A DNA stretch of 62,097 nucleotides. Origin: a virus (taxonomy: Duplodnaviria > Caudoviricetes). The DNA is taken from positions 1-62,097 of the IMG/VR virus record IMGVR_UViG_3300023181_000031; one strand, written 5' to 3'. Under the pieces are notes generated by a model, which made no database searches, was not told the DNA's origin, and was given only the letters and a program-made list of their open reading frames with translations. The translations under genes were made by a program, and so were the position numbers. Of this stretch, positions 8,702 through 16,589 are shown one piece after another; the stretch's first letter is position 1; each line of letters begins with the position of its first letter.

Positions 8702-9055
8702 ATGGATAGATTAGGGTATCAAAAAATACTTATGCCTATAGTGGCTGAGGTGATTAACAAAGAGATATTGTTAGGTGAACAAAACCAATACAATGACAAT
8801 TCGGGTTATGTAATCCGAGATAATGAAAGTAAAACGGGATTACTTTATAGCTTTGTTTATTTATATGAGGGTTGGCCTGAAGATTCACCGAGAAATATTT
8901 TTTATGAAATAGAGTTTTTATTTACAGGTGAAATAAATCTTTTGTTAGAAAGTAGTTTTCATAGTTATGAACTATCAAGTTTTTTTCAAAAGTTTAAAAA
9001 AGAAGTGCGAAATTTATATATTCCAGAGATGGAAAAATTAAAAGGTAAGGTTTAA
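8702..9055 (+). CDS. Hypothetical protein
   Basis: GAGGTGA RBS, 117 aa. Confidence 0.65.
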   Translation: MDRLGYQKILMPIVAEVINKEILLGEQNQYNDNSGYVIRDNESKTGLLYSFVYLYEGWPEDSPRNIFYEIEFLFTGEINLLLESSFHSYELSSFFQKFKKEVRNLYIPEMEKLKGKV

Positions 9056-9193
9056 ATGAGTTCAGTAATTTGCAAAATATGCGAGATTAATTTACAGCTA
9101 AAAAGAAAAAGAATAACTATAGATAATTTTGAAATTCTTATTGTAATTCTTTATTGTGCCAAGTGTGAAAGTGTTATTGATATAGATTATTAA
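9056..9193 (+). CDS. Zinc-ribbon micro-protein 1 (45 aa)
   Basis: MSSVICKIC..x24..CAKCESVIDIDY. Confidence 0.7.
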   Translation: MSSVICKICEINLQLKRKRITIDNFEILIVILYCAKCESVIDIDY

Positions 9194-9207
9194 AAGGTAA
9201 GATTAAA

Positions 9208-9348
9208 ATGACAGAATTTTGTAAGTATTGTAATTCTATAATTCAAAGAAAAAAAGTGTTAGTAGATTTAGGTTTGTTTGAAGCTCCTATTATGATTTAT
9301 TTTTGTAATAAGTGTGAAAATATTAGTAGTGTTGATGTGGATTATTAA
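9208..9348 (+). CDS. Zinc-ribbon micro-protein 2 (46 aa)
   Basis: MTEFCKYC..x24..CNKCENISSVDVDY; RBS AAAGGTAA. Confidence 0.7.
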   Translation: MTEFCKYCNSIIQRKKVLVDLGLFEAPIMIYFCNKCENISSVDVDY

Positions 9349-9359
9349 GGAGTAAAAAA

Positions 9360-9497
9360 ATGAATAATTGCCCACAGTGCGGAATATTATTAAGTACAGA
9401 AAATAAGCATTTTGAAATAGGTGAAAGCTGGACTATAGAAATATTAGTTAGTTTTTGTGAGCCTTGTTATTATATTGATCCAGTAGAGGTGGTTTAA
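9360..9497 (+). CDS. Zinc-ribbon micro-protein 3 (45 aa)
   Basis: MNNCPQCG..CEPCYYIDPVEVV; RBS AAGGAG. Confidence 0.7.
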   Translation: MNNCPQCGILLSTENKHFEIGESWTIEILVSFCEPCYYIDPVEVV

Positions 9498-9614
9498 GAA
9501 TGAAAGTAAGACAAGTTTTAGAAAGTAATCAAATAGAAGCTTTAATGTGGGTTAGTTTGTTTATAACTGGTTTTTATACTGTGTGCATAGTTGTATGGAA
9601 TGTAGGAGGTTAAG

Positions 9615-9743
9615 ATGAGCAAAGTTAAATATAGATATTGTGATAGATGTAATGTAGTTTGTAATGTAGTTATTAATGGTTTTTGCTTAACTTGTGCTTA
9701 TGCTATAAAGCATTTTAAACCTAGTCAGGGGGTTAACAAATGA
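9615..9743 (+). CDS. Cys-rich micro-protein (42 aa)
   Basis: YCDRC..GFCLTC; RBS AGGAGG. Confidence 0.6.
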   Translation: MSKVKYRYCDRCNVVCNVVINGFCLTCAYAIKHFKPSQGVNK

Positions 9744-10030
9744 CTTTTACAAAAGGATTTTATAAGATAGAGCTTCAAGTTTTAAATGAAAGATTTACAG
9801 TTTTAGAAAATACAAATAAGGTTTTATATAAAAGAATTGAGGTATTAGAAGAGCGTTTACTTTTACGTGATAAGTTTGTTGAAAAAATGCAAGATGATTT
9901 AACTAATAAAGAAAATGAAATAAATAAACTTGTAGATGATCTGGAACAAGCTAACAATGAGATAGAGAATTTAAAAAACTATCAGGAATATTATAAAGAA
10001 ACAATTAAAGATTTAAAGGGAGAGATTTAA
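9740..10030 (+). CDS. Coiled-coil protein
   Basis: Heptad pattern; sits upstream of the annealase. Confidence 0.65.
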   Translation: MTFTKGFYKIELQVLNERFTVLENTNKVLYKRIEVLEERLLLRDKFVEKMQDDLTNKENEINKLVDDLEQANNEIENLKNYQEYYKETIKDLKGEI

Positions 10031-10032
10031 AA

Positions 10033-10698
10033 ATGACAAGTAAAATTATAACACCTGAAATATTAGCGGAATTAAAGCAAGAGTTACCTTATAAATGGCG
10101 TGTGCAATCTTTTAGTGCTTATAAACCCGAAGCGACTTGTGTTGCTTATGTAGACGCTAGACAAGTAATGGATTTACTTGACGAAGTGGTAGGGGTTGAA
10201 AATTGGCAAAGCGATTATAAAGAAATTAAAGACAATATGTATGCAGGTATAGGAATAAAAATAAATGACGAATGGGTTTGGAAATGGGATTGCGGAACTG
10301 AATCAAACACTGAGAAAGAAAAAGGAGAGTCAAGCGATTCATTTAAGCGTGCTGCTGTAAAATGGGGTGTAGCTAGATTTTTATATACTCTCGGAATGCA
10401 AAAAGTAAAAGCTAGTTGTACTAAAGAAAAAGATACTAAGGCTAATGCTTTATATCCTACTGATGATCAAAATAATAGAATATGGGATTTAAGTAAGCAT
10501 ATTAATAATATAAATAAGAATAAAAAAAAGAAAGTTCCTAGCGTATTAAAATCTGTATTGAAACAAGTTAATGATTGCAAAAACCTTGATGATTTAAGAA
10601 TTATTAGACAAGATAACCAGGATTTAGAAACCACAAATAAAGAGTATAAAAACGCCTTACTAGCAAAATTTAATATATTAAAAGATCAAGAGGTTTAA
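10033..10698 (+). CDS. Rad52/Rad22-family single-strand annealing protein (Sak-like)
   Basis: KWRVQ, AYVDARQVMDLLDEVVG..NW, KGESSDSFKRAAVKWGVARFLY. Confidence 0.92.
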   Translation: MTSKIITPEILAELKQELPYKWRVQSFSAYKPEATCVAYVDARQVMDLLDEVVGVENWQSDYKEIKDNMYAGIGIKINDEWVWKWDCGTESNTEKEKGESSDSFKRAAVKWGVARFLYTLGMQKVKASCTKEKDTKANALYPTDDQNNRIWDLSKHINNINKNKKKKVPSVLKSVLKQVNDCKNLDDLRIIRQDNQDLETTNKEYKNALLAKFNILKDQEV

Positions 10699-10699
10699 A

Positions 10700-10963
10700 A
10701 TTGGTAGAACTGAAATATACGAAAAAGTTAGAGAGTACAGAGCTTTAATTTTTAATGAGATTAAAGATAAAAAACAGATAACAATGCCTGAACTAAGATT
10801 GTTATTACCAGAGTTAACAGAATTATCTGATACGTCACTAAGTAGATATTTTTATGATGTAATGAATCATTACCCTTTAGAGATATCAGATACTTATTCG
10901 CCTAGAGGTGGAAAGAAAATATATTATTTAAATTATTATGGAGTGAAAGATGAAAACATTTAA
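10700..10963 (+). CDS. Winged-helix-like protein with apparent ATT start (not in ORF track)
   Basis: 88-codon open frame after GAGGT: xGRTEIYEKVREYRALIFNEIKDKKQITMPELR..LSRYF..SPRGGKKIYYL. Confidence 0.55.
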   Translation: MGRTEIYEKVREYRALIFNEIKDKKQITMPELRLLLPELTELSDTSLSRYFYDVMNHYPLEISDTYSPRGGKKIYYLNYYGVKDENI

Positions 10964-11069
10964 ATGTTCAAATTGCAGGAATAGCTCACTTATTTTAGAT
11001 ATAGGTATTTGTTTATCTTGTTATATGCTTGTTAAGCCAGAGGTAAAAAATGAAAGCGGGAAAATATAA
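10950..11069 (+). CDS. Cys-rich micro-protein (39 aa)
   Basis: KCSNC..GICLSC, similar layout to 9615..9743. Confidence 0.55.
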   Translation: MKTFKCSNCRNSSLILDIGICLSCYMLVKPEVKNESGKI

Positions 11070-11229
11070 TATTAATTGTCAATGTAAATGTTTAGAATGT
11101 GAATCTGATCTTATAAAGAAAAATTATTATACGCAGGGATATTGTAACAGTTGCGGTGAATGGAAGTTAACTGACGAAATAGACGATTGTGATTATTGTA
11201 TGGAAGTTAGAAAAAAGGATATAAATTAA
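11050..11229 (+). CDS. Cys-rich micro-protein (59 aa)
   Basis: CQCKCLEC..CNSC..CDYC; RBS GAGGTAAAA. Confidence 0.6.
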   Translation: MKAGKYNINCQCKCLECESDLIKKNYYTQGYCNSCGEWKLTDEIDDCDYCMEVRKKDIN

Positions 11230-11230
11230 A

Positions 11231-11674
11231 ATGAAAATACAAGAGATGTTATATATAAAAAAACTACATGAAGATGCAAAAATACCAAGTTATGCACATG
11301 ATAAGGATTCAGGAATGGATTTATATGCTATAGAAGATAATCTTATTTATCCTAATGAGTGCAAAGCTATTAAAACAGGTTTAAGCATAGAATTATCCGA
11401 AGGAGTAGAAGCCCAAATAAGACCTAAAAGCGGCATAGCTTTAAATCACTCAGTGACAGTTTTAAATACTCCTGGCACTGTTGATGAAAGCTATAGAGGT
11501 GAAATAATAGTTTTATTAATTAATCATGGTTGTGATACATATTTTATTGAAAAAGGTAAGAAAATAGCACAAATGGTTATTTGTCCAGTTATTAGAGTAG
11601 ATATAAAAGAGTTAAAAGATTTATCTGATACTAGTAGGGGTTTTGGTGGTTTTGGCTCAACTGGATTAAATTAA
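11231..11674 (+). CDS. dut: Trimeric dUTPase
   Basis: SGMDL, QIRPKSG, GTVDESYRGE, KIAQMV, RGFGGFGSTG. Confidence 0.97.
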   Translation: MKIQEMLYIKKLHEDAKIPSYAHDKDSGMDLYAIEDNLIYPNECKAIKTGLSIELSEGVEAQIRPKSGIALNHSVTVLNTPGTVDESYRGEIIVLLINHGCDTYFIEKGKKIAQMVICPVIRVDIKELKDLSDTSRGFGGFGSTGLN

Positions 11675-11723
11675 ATAAAATTATAGTGAGCTAAACTTAA
11701 TTAGCTCTTAAGGATAAAATTAA

Positions 11724-12218
11724 ATGAATGTTTATATAGAATTAGATTTTGAAGAGCAAGAAAAAGAGCAATGTGCTTATATTAAAATGGATAAAGAAGA
11801 GGCTATTAAATTAAGAAAAGTTATTATTTTATGTAATATTTGTAGAGAGCCTGCAACAACTTTAGATAATCATTATCCTTGGCAAGATGAGTATAATACG
11901 TGCGATATTCACTTTGAATCAAATCCAGTTAAAAAAATTGCAGAAAAGAAAAAAAATGAATATGTACAAGCTTTAAAAGAAAAGAAAGAAAAGCATAAAG
12001 ATAATATTATTGCTGAAGCTAGAAAAATTAAAGAAGAGAATAATAAATTAACTCATAATGATATTTTTAAAATAGCTTATAAGTTTGATAATATGCCAGT
12101 AAAAACAACTTATGAGATTTTAGAAAATGTTAGTATTATTGCTAGTGGTACTTTTGAACGTGCAACCTGGAATGGTTTAAAAGTTAGACAAGTACAAAAA
12201 GAATTGGGGTTAATATAA
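11724..12218 (+). CDS. Hypothetical protein
   Basis: 164-aa ORF with CxxC. Confidence 0.65.
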   Translation: MNVYIELDFEEQEKEQCAYIKMDKEEAIKLRKVIILCNICREPATTLDNHYPWQDEYNTCDIHFESNPVKKIAEKKKNEYVQALKEKKEKHKDNIIAEARKIKEENNKLTHNDIFKIAYKFDNMPVKTTYEILENVSIIASGTFERATWNGLKVRQVQKELGLI

Positions 12219-12535
12219 TGGATATATCTTATATAGTATTGGGGTTACTAATAGTTTATTTATTTTTGGAATTAAATTATTATAAGCATAAATTTAAAGA
12301 ATTAGATTCAAAAATAAATAAACTAAATTTTGATTGTTGTGTTTCTAAAGATAATGAAATTCAATATCTTAAATGTTCATTAGACAGTGAAAAAGAAAGA
12401 AATAATAAATATTTAAATATAATAAGAGAAAAAGATACTAATAATAATTTAATAGAAAAAAGAAATAATGAAAGTTTAGAGATTGATATTAATGTCATAC
12501 CTCAACCTTATGATTATAGAAATGGGGTTAATTAA
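12218..12535 (+). CDS. Membrane-anchored coiled-coil protein
   Basis: N-terminal hydrophobic segment. Confidence 0.6.
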   Translation: MDISYIVLGLLIVYLFLELNYYKHKFKELDSKINKLNFDCCVSKDNEIQYLKCSLDSEKERNNKYLNIIREKDTNNNLIEKRNNESLEIDINVIPQPYDYRNGVN

Positions 12536-12838
12536 ATGGTTTATCAAATATCAGTAATAGTTATAATTGTTTTAATTTTGACCCTGATTTATTTAAGATT
12601 AAGTTCTAAAAATAAAAGACACAGTTTTAGTAATGATTTAGATTTTGATAGTATATTTGATAGTATATTTGATTGTTTTTCAGGTGATGACTAATGAATA
12701 AAAAGAAAGATAGTAAGACTATACAAAAGAATAAAGAACTAGTTAAAAGAGCGTTAAAAAATAATAATTCTAATGAAACTAGTAATATGAATTTGTATCA
12801 GGAAATTAATAAATTAACATTGAAGAAAAGCTATTTTA

Positions 12839-13231
12839 ATGAGGTTAACAATAATGCCGCAAACTAAAGAGCAAAGGCAGATAAGTTATGAAAAGAATAA
12901 AGAAAAAATATTAGCCAGGAATCGAGAGTATAGAAGAAAAAATAAAGAAAAAATAGATGAGGCTAAGAAAAACAAAATTAAACCTATTTTAAGCGATGAA
13001 AAAAAAGAAAAAAGGAAAGCATATAAATTAGAGTGGGATAAGAAAAGAAAAGAAAAATTAAATGTAAAAGATAAAGTAAATACTAAAGAAAAAGTAAAAT
13101 TTATAGAACCTAAAAAGCCAGTTAAACAAAATACATTAGTTGTTTCTGATACTAATAGATTTATAGATAATTTAATAACAAGGCAAAAAAATAGAAATTT
13201 AACTTTGACTAAAAGTTATTATGTAAAATAA
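12839..13231 (+). CDS. Basic YxxNKE-repeat protein
   Basis: YEKNKEKILARNREYRRKNKEKI. Confidence 0.65.
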   Translation: MRLTIMPQTKEQRQISYEKNKEKILARNREYRRKNKEKIDEAKKNKIKPILSDEKKEKRKAYKLEWDKKRKEKLNVKDKVNTKEKVKFIEPKKPVKQNTLVVSDTNRFIDNLITRQKNRNLTLTKSYYVK

Positions 13232-13244
13232 AAGGTTTAATATT

Positions 13245-14042
13245 ATGGAAGGCACTAAAGAGTATACTAAACAGTATTACATTGATAATAAAGAAATATT
13301 TAAAGCTAGGAATAAGCAGTATTATATTGATAATAAAGAAAGATTATCTATTAGGAACAAAAAGTATTATGCAAAAAATAAAGAGACTTTAAAATTAAAA
13401 GAAAATTATAAAAAAAGTGTTACTCCTGAAGATAAAAAAAATAAATCTATTTTAAAAATAAATGCTAAAAAGAATAAAAAAGCTAAAATACTTAAGCCAA
13501 TAAATAAACTTATAAATAATAAAGAAGCGGTTAAAGATGTTATAGACCTTTTAACTTATAATTTAACGGCTAATACAAATGATCTTATAAAACTTTTTAA
13601 TGTAAATAAAAGCAAATTAAGTAAACTTACTAATAGTTTTGAGTTTAAGAAAAGAATATTAGTTGCTGAAGTATATAGTCTAACTAGTTCAGGAAAAAGA
13701 AAAATCTATTATTTAAGTTCAAGGTCTAAGGAAGTTTTTAAAGAATTTAAATTAGTAGAGTCTAAAGATAAGATTTTAAGTGAATTAAAAGAAAAGTTAT
13801 CTGAGTTTTTATTAAAGGTTGATTTAATAGATTTTGATGTAATACTACAAAAATTTTCTATGTATTTTACTCAAAATATTAAAACTGTTCTTAAGGAGTT
13901 AGATTTTAAGTTTAAGGTTCTGAGAGGAAAAAACAAATTTAAAAAAATTGTGATTATACGTAAATCAATTAAATTAGATAATTTACTTTTAATGTATTTT
14001 ATTTCTAAAGATAAAATTAATTTAAGTAAGGTGATATACTAA
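13245..14042 (+). CDS. Basic protein with YYIDNKE repeats and probable wHTH domains
   Basis: Three KxYYxxNKE repeats; LIKLFNVNKSKLSKL..SGKRKIYYL. Confidence 0.65.
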   Translation: MEGTKEYTKQYYIDNKEIFKARNKQYYIDNKERLSIRNKKYYAKNKETLKLKENYKKSVTPEDKKNKSILKINAKKNKKAKILKPINKLINNKEAVKDVIDLLTYNLTANTNDLIKLFNVNKSKLSKLTNSFEFKKRILVAEVYSLTSSGKRKIYYLSSRSKEVFKEFKLVESKDKILSELKEKLSEFLLKVDLIDFDVILQKFSMYFTQNIKTVLKELDFKFKVLRGKNKFKKIVIIRKSIKLDNLLLMYFISKDKINLSKVIY

Positions 14043-14114
14043 GATCACAAATATTTTATTTATTAATTATGTTTGTCAGTTTTTTAGCTATTGATTATGT
14101 CAGTAGCTTTTTTT
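14032..14114 (+). ncRNA. Candidate small RNA (extended -10, hairpin, intrinsic terminator); also ends the early operon
   Basis: TGATATACT 14032-14040; ACAAATAT/ATGTTTGT stem; AGCTATTGA/TCAGTAGCT + T run. Confidence 0.35.
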
Positions 14115-14175
14115 ATTGGAATATGATATATTTATTTGAAAGGTTTATCAAATGGATTTGATAGGCTTTTTGTTT

Positions 14176-14247
14176 GTTGCTATAGTTTAACTAAGAAAAT
14201 ACGTGGAGGAGTTCACGAGAATTAAGGTGTAAATCCTTATGGCAACT
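14176..14247 (+). ncRNA. tRNA-like element (pseudo-tRNA, non-canonical anticodon loop)
   Basis: Acceptor GTTGCTA/TGGCAAC, D stem GTTT/AAAT, stem CGTGG/TCACG with 6-nt loop AGGAGT, T arm TAAGG-TGTAAAT-CCTTA. Confidence 0.7.
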
Positions 14248-14250
14248 TTT

Positions 14251-14323
14251 GCCCTTTTAACTCAGTGAATAGAGTACCTGGCTACGAACTAGGGAGTCGT
14301 AAGTTTGATTCTTACAAAGGGTA
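14251..14323 (+). tRNA. tRNA-Arg(ACG), no encoded CCA
   Basis: GCCCTTT/AAAGGGT, ACTC/GAGT, CCTGG-CTACGAA-CTAGG, GTAAG-TTTGATT-CTTAC. Confidence 0.9.
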
Positions 14324-14348
14324 TTTATATATTTTAAGAGGTATAAAA

Positions 14349-14534
14349 ATGGCTAGTCCTATAATTAAGTTTTTTGAGTATGAACATCTACCGCAACATT
14401 TACAAGAAATATCAAAGCCTATAGGTGATTTAGCTAGAGATATGGATTTAATACTTCCTGATAGTGCGGAAAAATCAGCAGGTTTAAGAAAGTTATTAGA
14501 AGCTAAAGATTGTTTAGTTAGAGCTAAACTATAA
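14349..14534 (+). CDS. 61-aa helical-hairpin protein, Acb2/Tad1-like candidate (start corrected)
   Basis: MASPIIKFFEYEHLPQHLQEISKP..LPDSAEKSAGLRKLLEAKDCLVRA; the track start lies inside the tRNA. Confidence 0.7.
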   Translation: MASPIIKFFEYEHLPQHLQEISKPIGDLARDMDLILPDSAEKSAGLRKLLEAKDCLVRAKL

Positions 14535-14550
14535 AACTTATTTAGAAAAC

Positions 14551-14583
14551 AAAAAGCACTTAAATTAATTTAAGTGCTTTTTT
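14551..14583. terminator. Bidirectional intrinsic terminator
   Basis: AAAAAGCACTTAAATT/AATTTAAGTGCTTTTT between convergent genes. Confidence 0.85.
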
Positions 14584-14753
14584 AATGCTATCTATATAAG
14601 CTATATACTGCATAATCCCCGAAAGGGTCATTATCTGTAGAGCGTTTTATTTTATCGCCTAAGATATGCAGTTCTCTAGCTTTTAACTCTTTTTCAGTTC
14701 CTATTTTTAAAGTTAGTGAACTTTGTTGCTTGATTTGTTTTTCAAGTGATTTT

Positions 14754-15002
14754 TTATAATTTACCATGTTTATATTTTTTTATACTCCATTTAATTGTAT
14801 TGAGAATTTTATTTTTATCTATATCAGTGTTACCTGTTTCAGCTACATAAAAATCTATCATATAGATTAATACTTCTTTTGTGATGTAAACTTGATTGTT
14901 ATTTTCTATGTAATAGATATTAGATTTGTTTAGTTTAAGCTCTACTAGTGAGAATGTGCCATCATAATTATAAGCTTTTATATATCCTATGTGTTTAGAC
15001 AT
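14754..15002 (-). CDS. Hypothetical protein, small-gene module
   Basis: ORF packing. Confidence 0.55.
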   Translation of the reverse strand: MSKHIGYIKAYNYDGTFSLVELKLNKSNIYYIENNNQVYITKEVLIYMIDFYVAETGNTDIDKNKILNTIKWSIKKYKHGKL

Positions 15003-15185
15003 TTATTTTCTAGTATTTAAAGTTATAAATAATCTTATTTGATTTCTTTTATTTATTGCGGTTGAGATAAAGCTTGTTATTTTTTTAACTATTGAAAAAT
15101 TTAGTTTATCAGTTAATAAATTACTTAGCATATAGTAAATATAAGCATCTGACCTTATTTTTAATTTTTCATTGAGTTGATTCAT
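15003..15185 (-). CDS. Hypothetical protein
   Basis: AAGGAG RBS. Confidence 0.55.
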   Translation of the reverse strand: MNQLNEKLKIRSDAYIYYMLSNLLTDKLNFSIVKKITSFISTAINKRNQIRLFITLNTRK

Positions 15186-15198
15186 TATTTTATTCTCC

Positions 15199-15330
15199 TT
15201 AAAAATATCTTTGAATATAACTATCTTTTTGAGTAATTGTAATCACTCTGTACGTAAAGTTTATTGCGTACTTACCTATTTTTATTACTGTAGGTTTTTT
15301 AAATGTACCTGTTAGATTGATTTGAGTCAT
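15199..15330 (-). CDS. 43-aa hypothetical protein (not in ORF track)
   Basis: MTQINLTGTFKKPTVIKIGKYAINFTYRVITITQKDSYIQRYF. Confidence 0.45.
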   Translation of the reverse strand: MTQINLTGTFKKPTVIKIGKYAINFTYRVITITQKDSYIQRYF

Positions 15331-15351
15331 GATTTTAACGTCTTGTCTGAC

Positions 15352-15397
15352 ATATTCTAAATACAAGATCTCGTGAGATCCTGACTTTTAAAATACT
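15352..15397 (-). repeat. 46-bp intergenic hairpin element, copy A (RNase III-site-like)
   Basis: Identical to 16590-16635; long irregular stem on the minus strand. Confidence 0.9.
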
Positions 15398-15569
15398 ATT
15401 TTCTTAACGCTTGGTTTTTAATTTTTAAATCATTAGTTTCTATCATTTGTACAAGCTGGTTAACTGTAGGTTTATCTGTATTGATAAATAAAGCACTTGG
15501 AGCTAAACCCATTAAAATGATAATTGTTAGTGTCGCTGTTACTAATCCGATAAGTGTTAATCTGTTCAT
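15396..15569 (-). CDS. 57-aa membrane or secreted protein (not in ORF track)
   Basis: MNRLTLIGLVTATLTIIILMGLAPSA...; RBS AAAGGTAAAAACAAA. Confidence 0.6.
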   Translation of the reverse strand: MNRLTLIGLVTATLTIIILMGLAPSALFINTDKPTVNQLVQMIETNDLKIKNQALRK

Positions 15570-15591
15570 TTTGTTTTTACCTTTTTTAAAA

Positions 15592-15635
15592 ATATCCTAA
15601 ATTCAAAGCCCCTTAAGGCTCTGAGTTAAAATACT
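15592..15635 (-). repeat. Diverged hairpin element, copy B
   Basis: Same AGTATTTTAA...ATTTAG(G/A)ATAT arms; different inner stem with preserved pairing. Confidence 0.75.
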
Positions 15636-15637
15636 AT

Positions 15638-15829
15638 TTAAACAGTCCAGCCCATTGTAGCTATATGTTTTTTCTTACCGTTTTCATAAAAGTAGTACCC
15701 ACAAAAAACCATGCTCATCATTGCCTCTTCAACTGTCCAATTAGTTCCAAATTGCTCATTATGAACTCTTACCGCATTTTCTTTTCCTGTTTGTGATAAA
15801 GTTGTAAATTCTGTAAAAGTGTTGTCCAT
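15638..15829 (-). CDS. Small early protein, first gene after promoter
   Basis: 63 aa; RBS AAAAGGTAAAA. Confidence 0.7.
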   Translation of the reverse strand: MDNTFTEFTTLSQTGKENAVRVHNEQFGTNWTVEEAMMSMVFCGYYFYENGKKKHIATMGWTV

Positions 15830-15877
15830 TTTGTTTTTTACCTTTTTTATAATTGGTTTGTTTCAACCGATAAATAT

Positions 15878-15906
15878 ATAATATCACATGTGATATTTAA
15901 TTGCAA
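15878..15906 (-). promoter_or_regulatory. sigma70 promoter with palindromic operator
   Basis: TTGCAA-17-TATTAT; 18-bp palindrome AATATCACATGTGATATT at 15880-15897. Confidence 0.8.
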
Positions 15907-15925
15907 GTGTTTGAAAGAAAATATT

Positions 15926-16120
15926 TTAAATTTCTTTTTTCTTTCTACCAACTTTACTTCTAGGGATTAAAGCAGATTCATCAAATCCCTTAATTTTAGC
16001 TACTTTGTCAGGGTTAACCCATATTTCTACTTTGATTAACCCTGAGTCTTTAAAAGCTTGTCTAAGCTCTTTCATTGATTCTCTTTGAGTAGCCTTTTTT
16101 TGTTCATTAGTTTGTTTCAT
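15926..16120 (-). CDS. Small basic DNA-binding protein (RHH-like), candidate autorepressor
   Basis: QRESMKELRQAFKDSGLIKVEIWVNPDKVAKIK, with a GRKKK tail. Confidence 0.6.
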   Translation of the reverse strand: MKQTNEQKKATQRESMKELRQAFKDSGLIKVEIWVNPDKVAKIKGFDESALIPRSKVGRKKKEI

Positions 16121-16388
16121 TGTATTTTTTAAGCTCCTTTTGTTCTTCAGATGTTAATTCTCTATAAAATGCTACTACTTGACCCGTAACCGATTCATGA
16201 CGGCTTAAAATAGTGTTTCCTTTATTTTTTAAGCTTTCTTTAGCGGAATTAAGAACAGTGTCAGCATAATCTTGACCTCTACCTTTATATCTTTCATGTT
16301 TACAGTATTTATTTAAAAACTCCTCTACTGTTTTAATATCTGTTTGTTCAACTTTACGCCACATATCAAAGTATTTAAAATTAATCAT
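16107..16388 (-). CDS. Hypothetical protein
   Basis: 93 aa; AAGGAG RBS. Confidence 0.7.
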   Translation of the reverse strand: MINFKYFDMWRKVEQTDIKTVEEFLNKYCKHERYKGRGQDYADTVLNSAKESLKNKGNTILSRHESVTGQVVAFYRELTSEEQKELKKYNETN

Positions 16389-16399
16389 TGTTTAGCTCC

Positions 16400-16570
16400 T
16401 TAAACTATTTGATATTTGCCTGATTTATAATGAAAACCTGACACTATAGCTCCTCTTTTACCTTTTGCTTTAAATCTGCCTATGATATCTGGGTTAGAGT
16501 AAGATACTTCTTTATACTCTATGATTTCCATTTGTCTATTAACTCCAAAGGTTACTATTTTACCTACCAT
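16400..16570 (-). CDS. 56-aa hypothetical protein (not in ORF track)
   Basis: MVGKIVTFGVNRQMEII...; AAGGAG RBS. Confidence 0.6.
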   Translation of the reverse strand: MVGKIVTFGVNRQMEIIEYKEVSYSNPDIIGRFKAKGKRGAIVSGFHYKSGKYQIV

Positions 16571-16589
16571 TTTTAAAACTCCTTATTTT

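Noticed and set aside
14265-14348. N-terminal extension of the 14265..14534 ORF
   Set aside because: Overlaps tRNA-Arg; the real start is ATG 14349 after GAGGT
14606-14640. CCC-GAAA-GGG hairpin suggesting a ribozyme or boxB
   Set aside because: Lies within a plausible short minus-strand ORF, and no catalytic core or second copy was found
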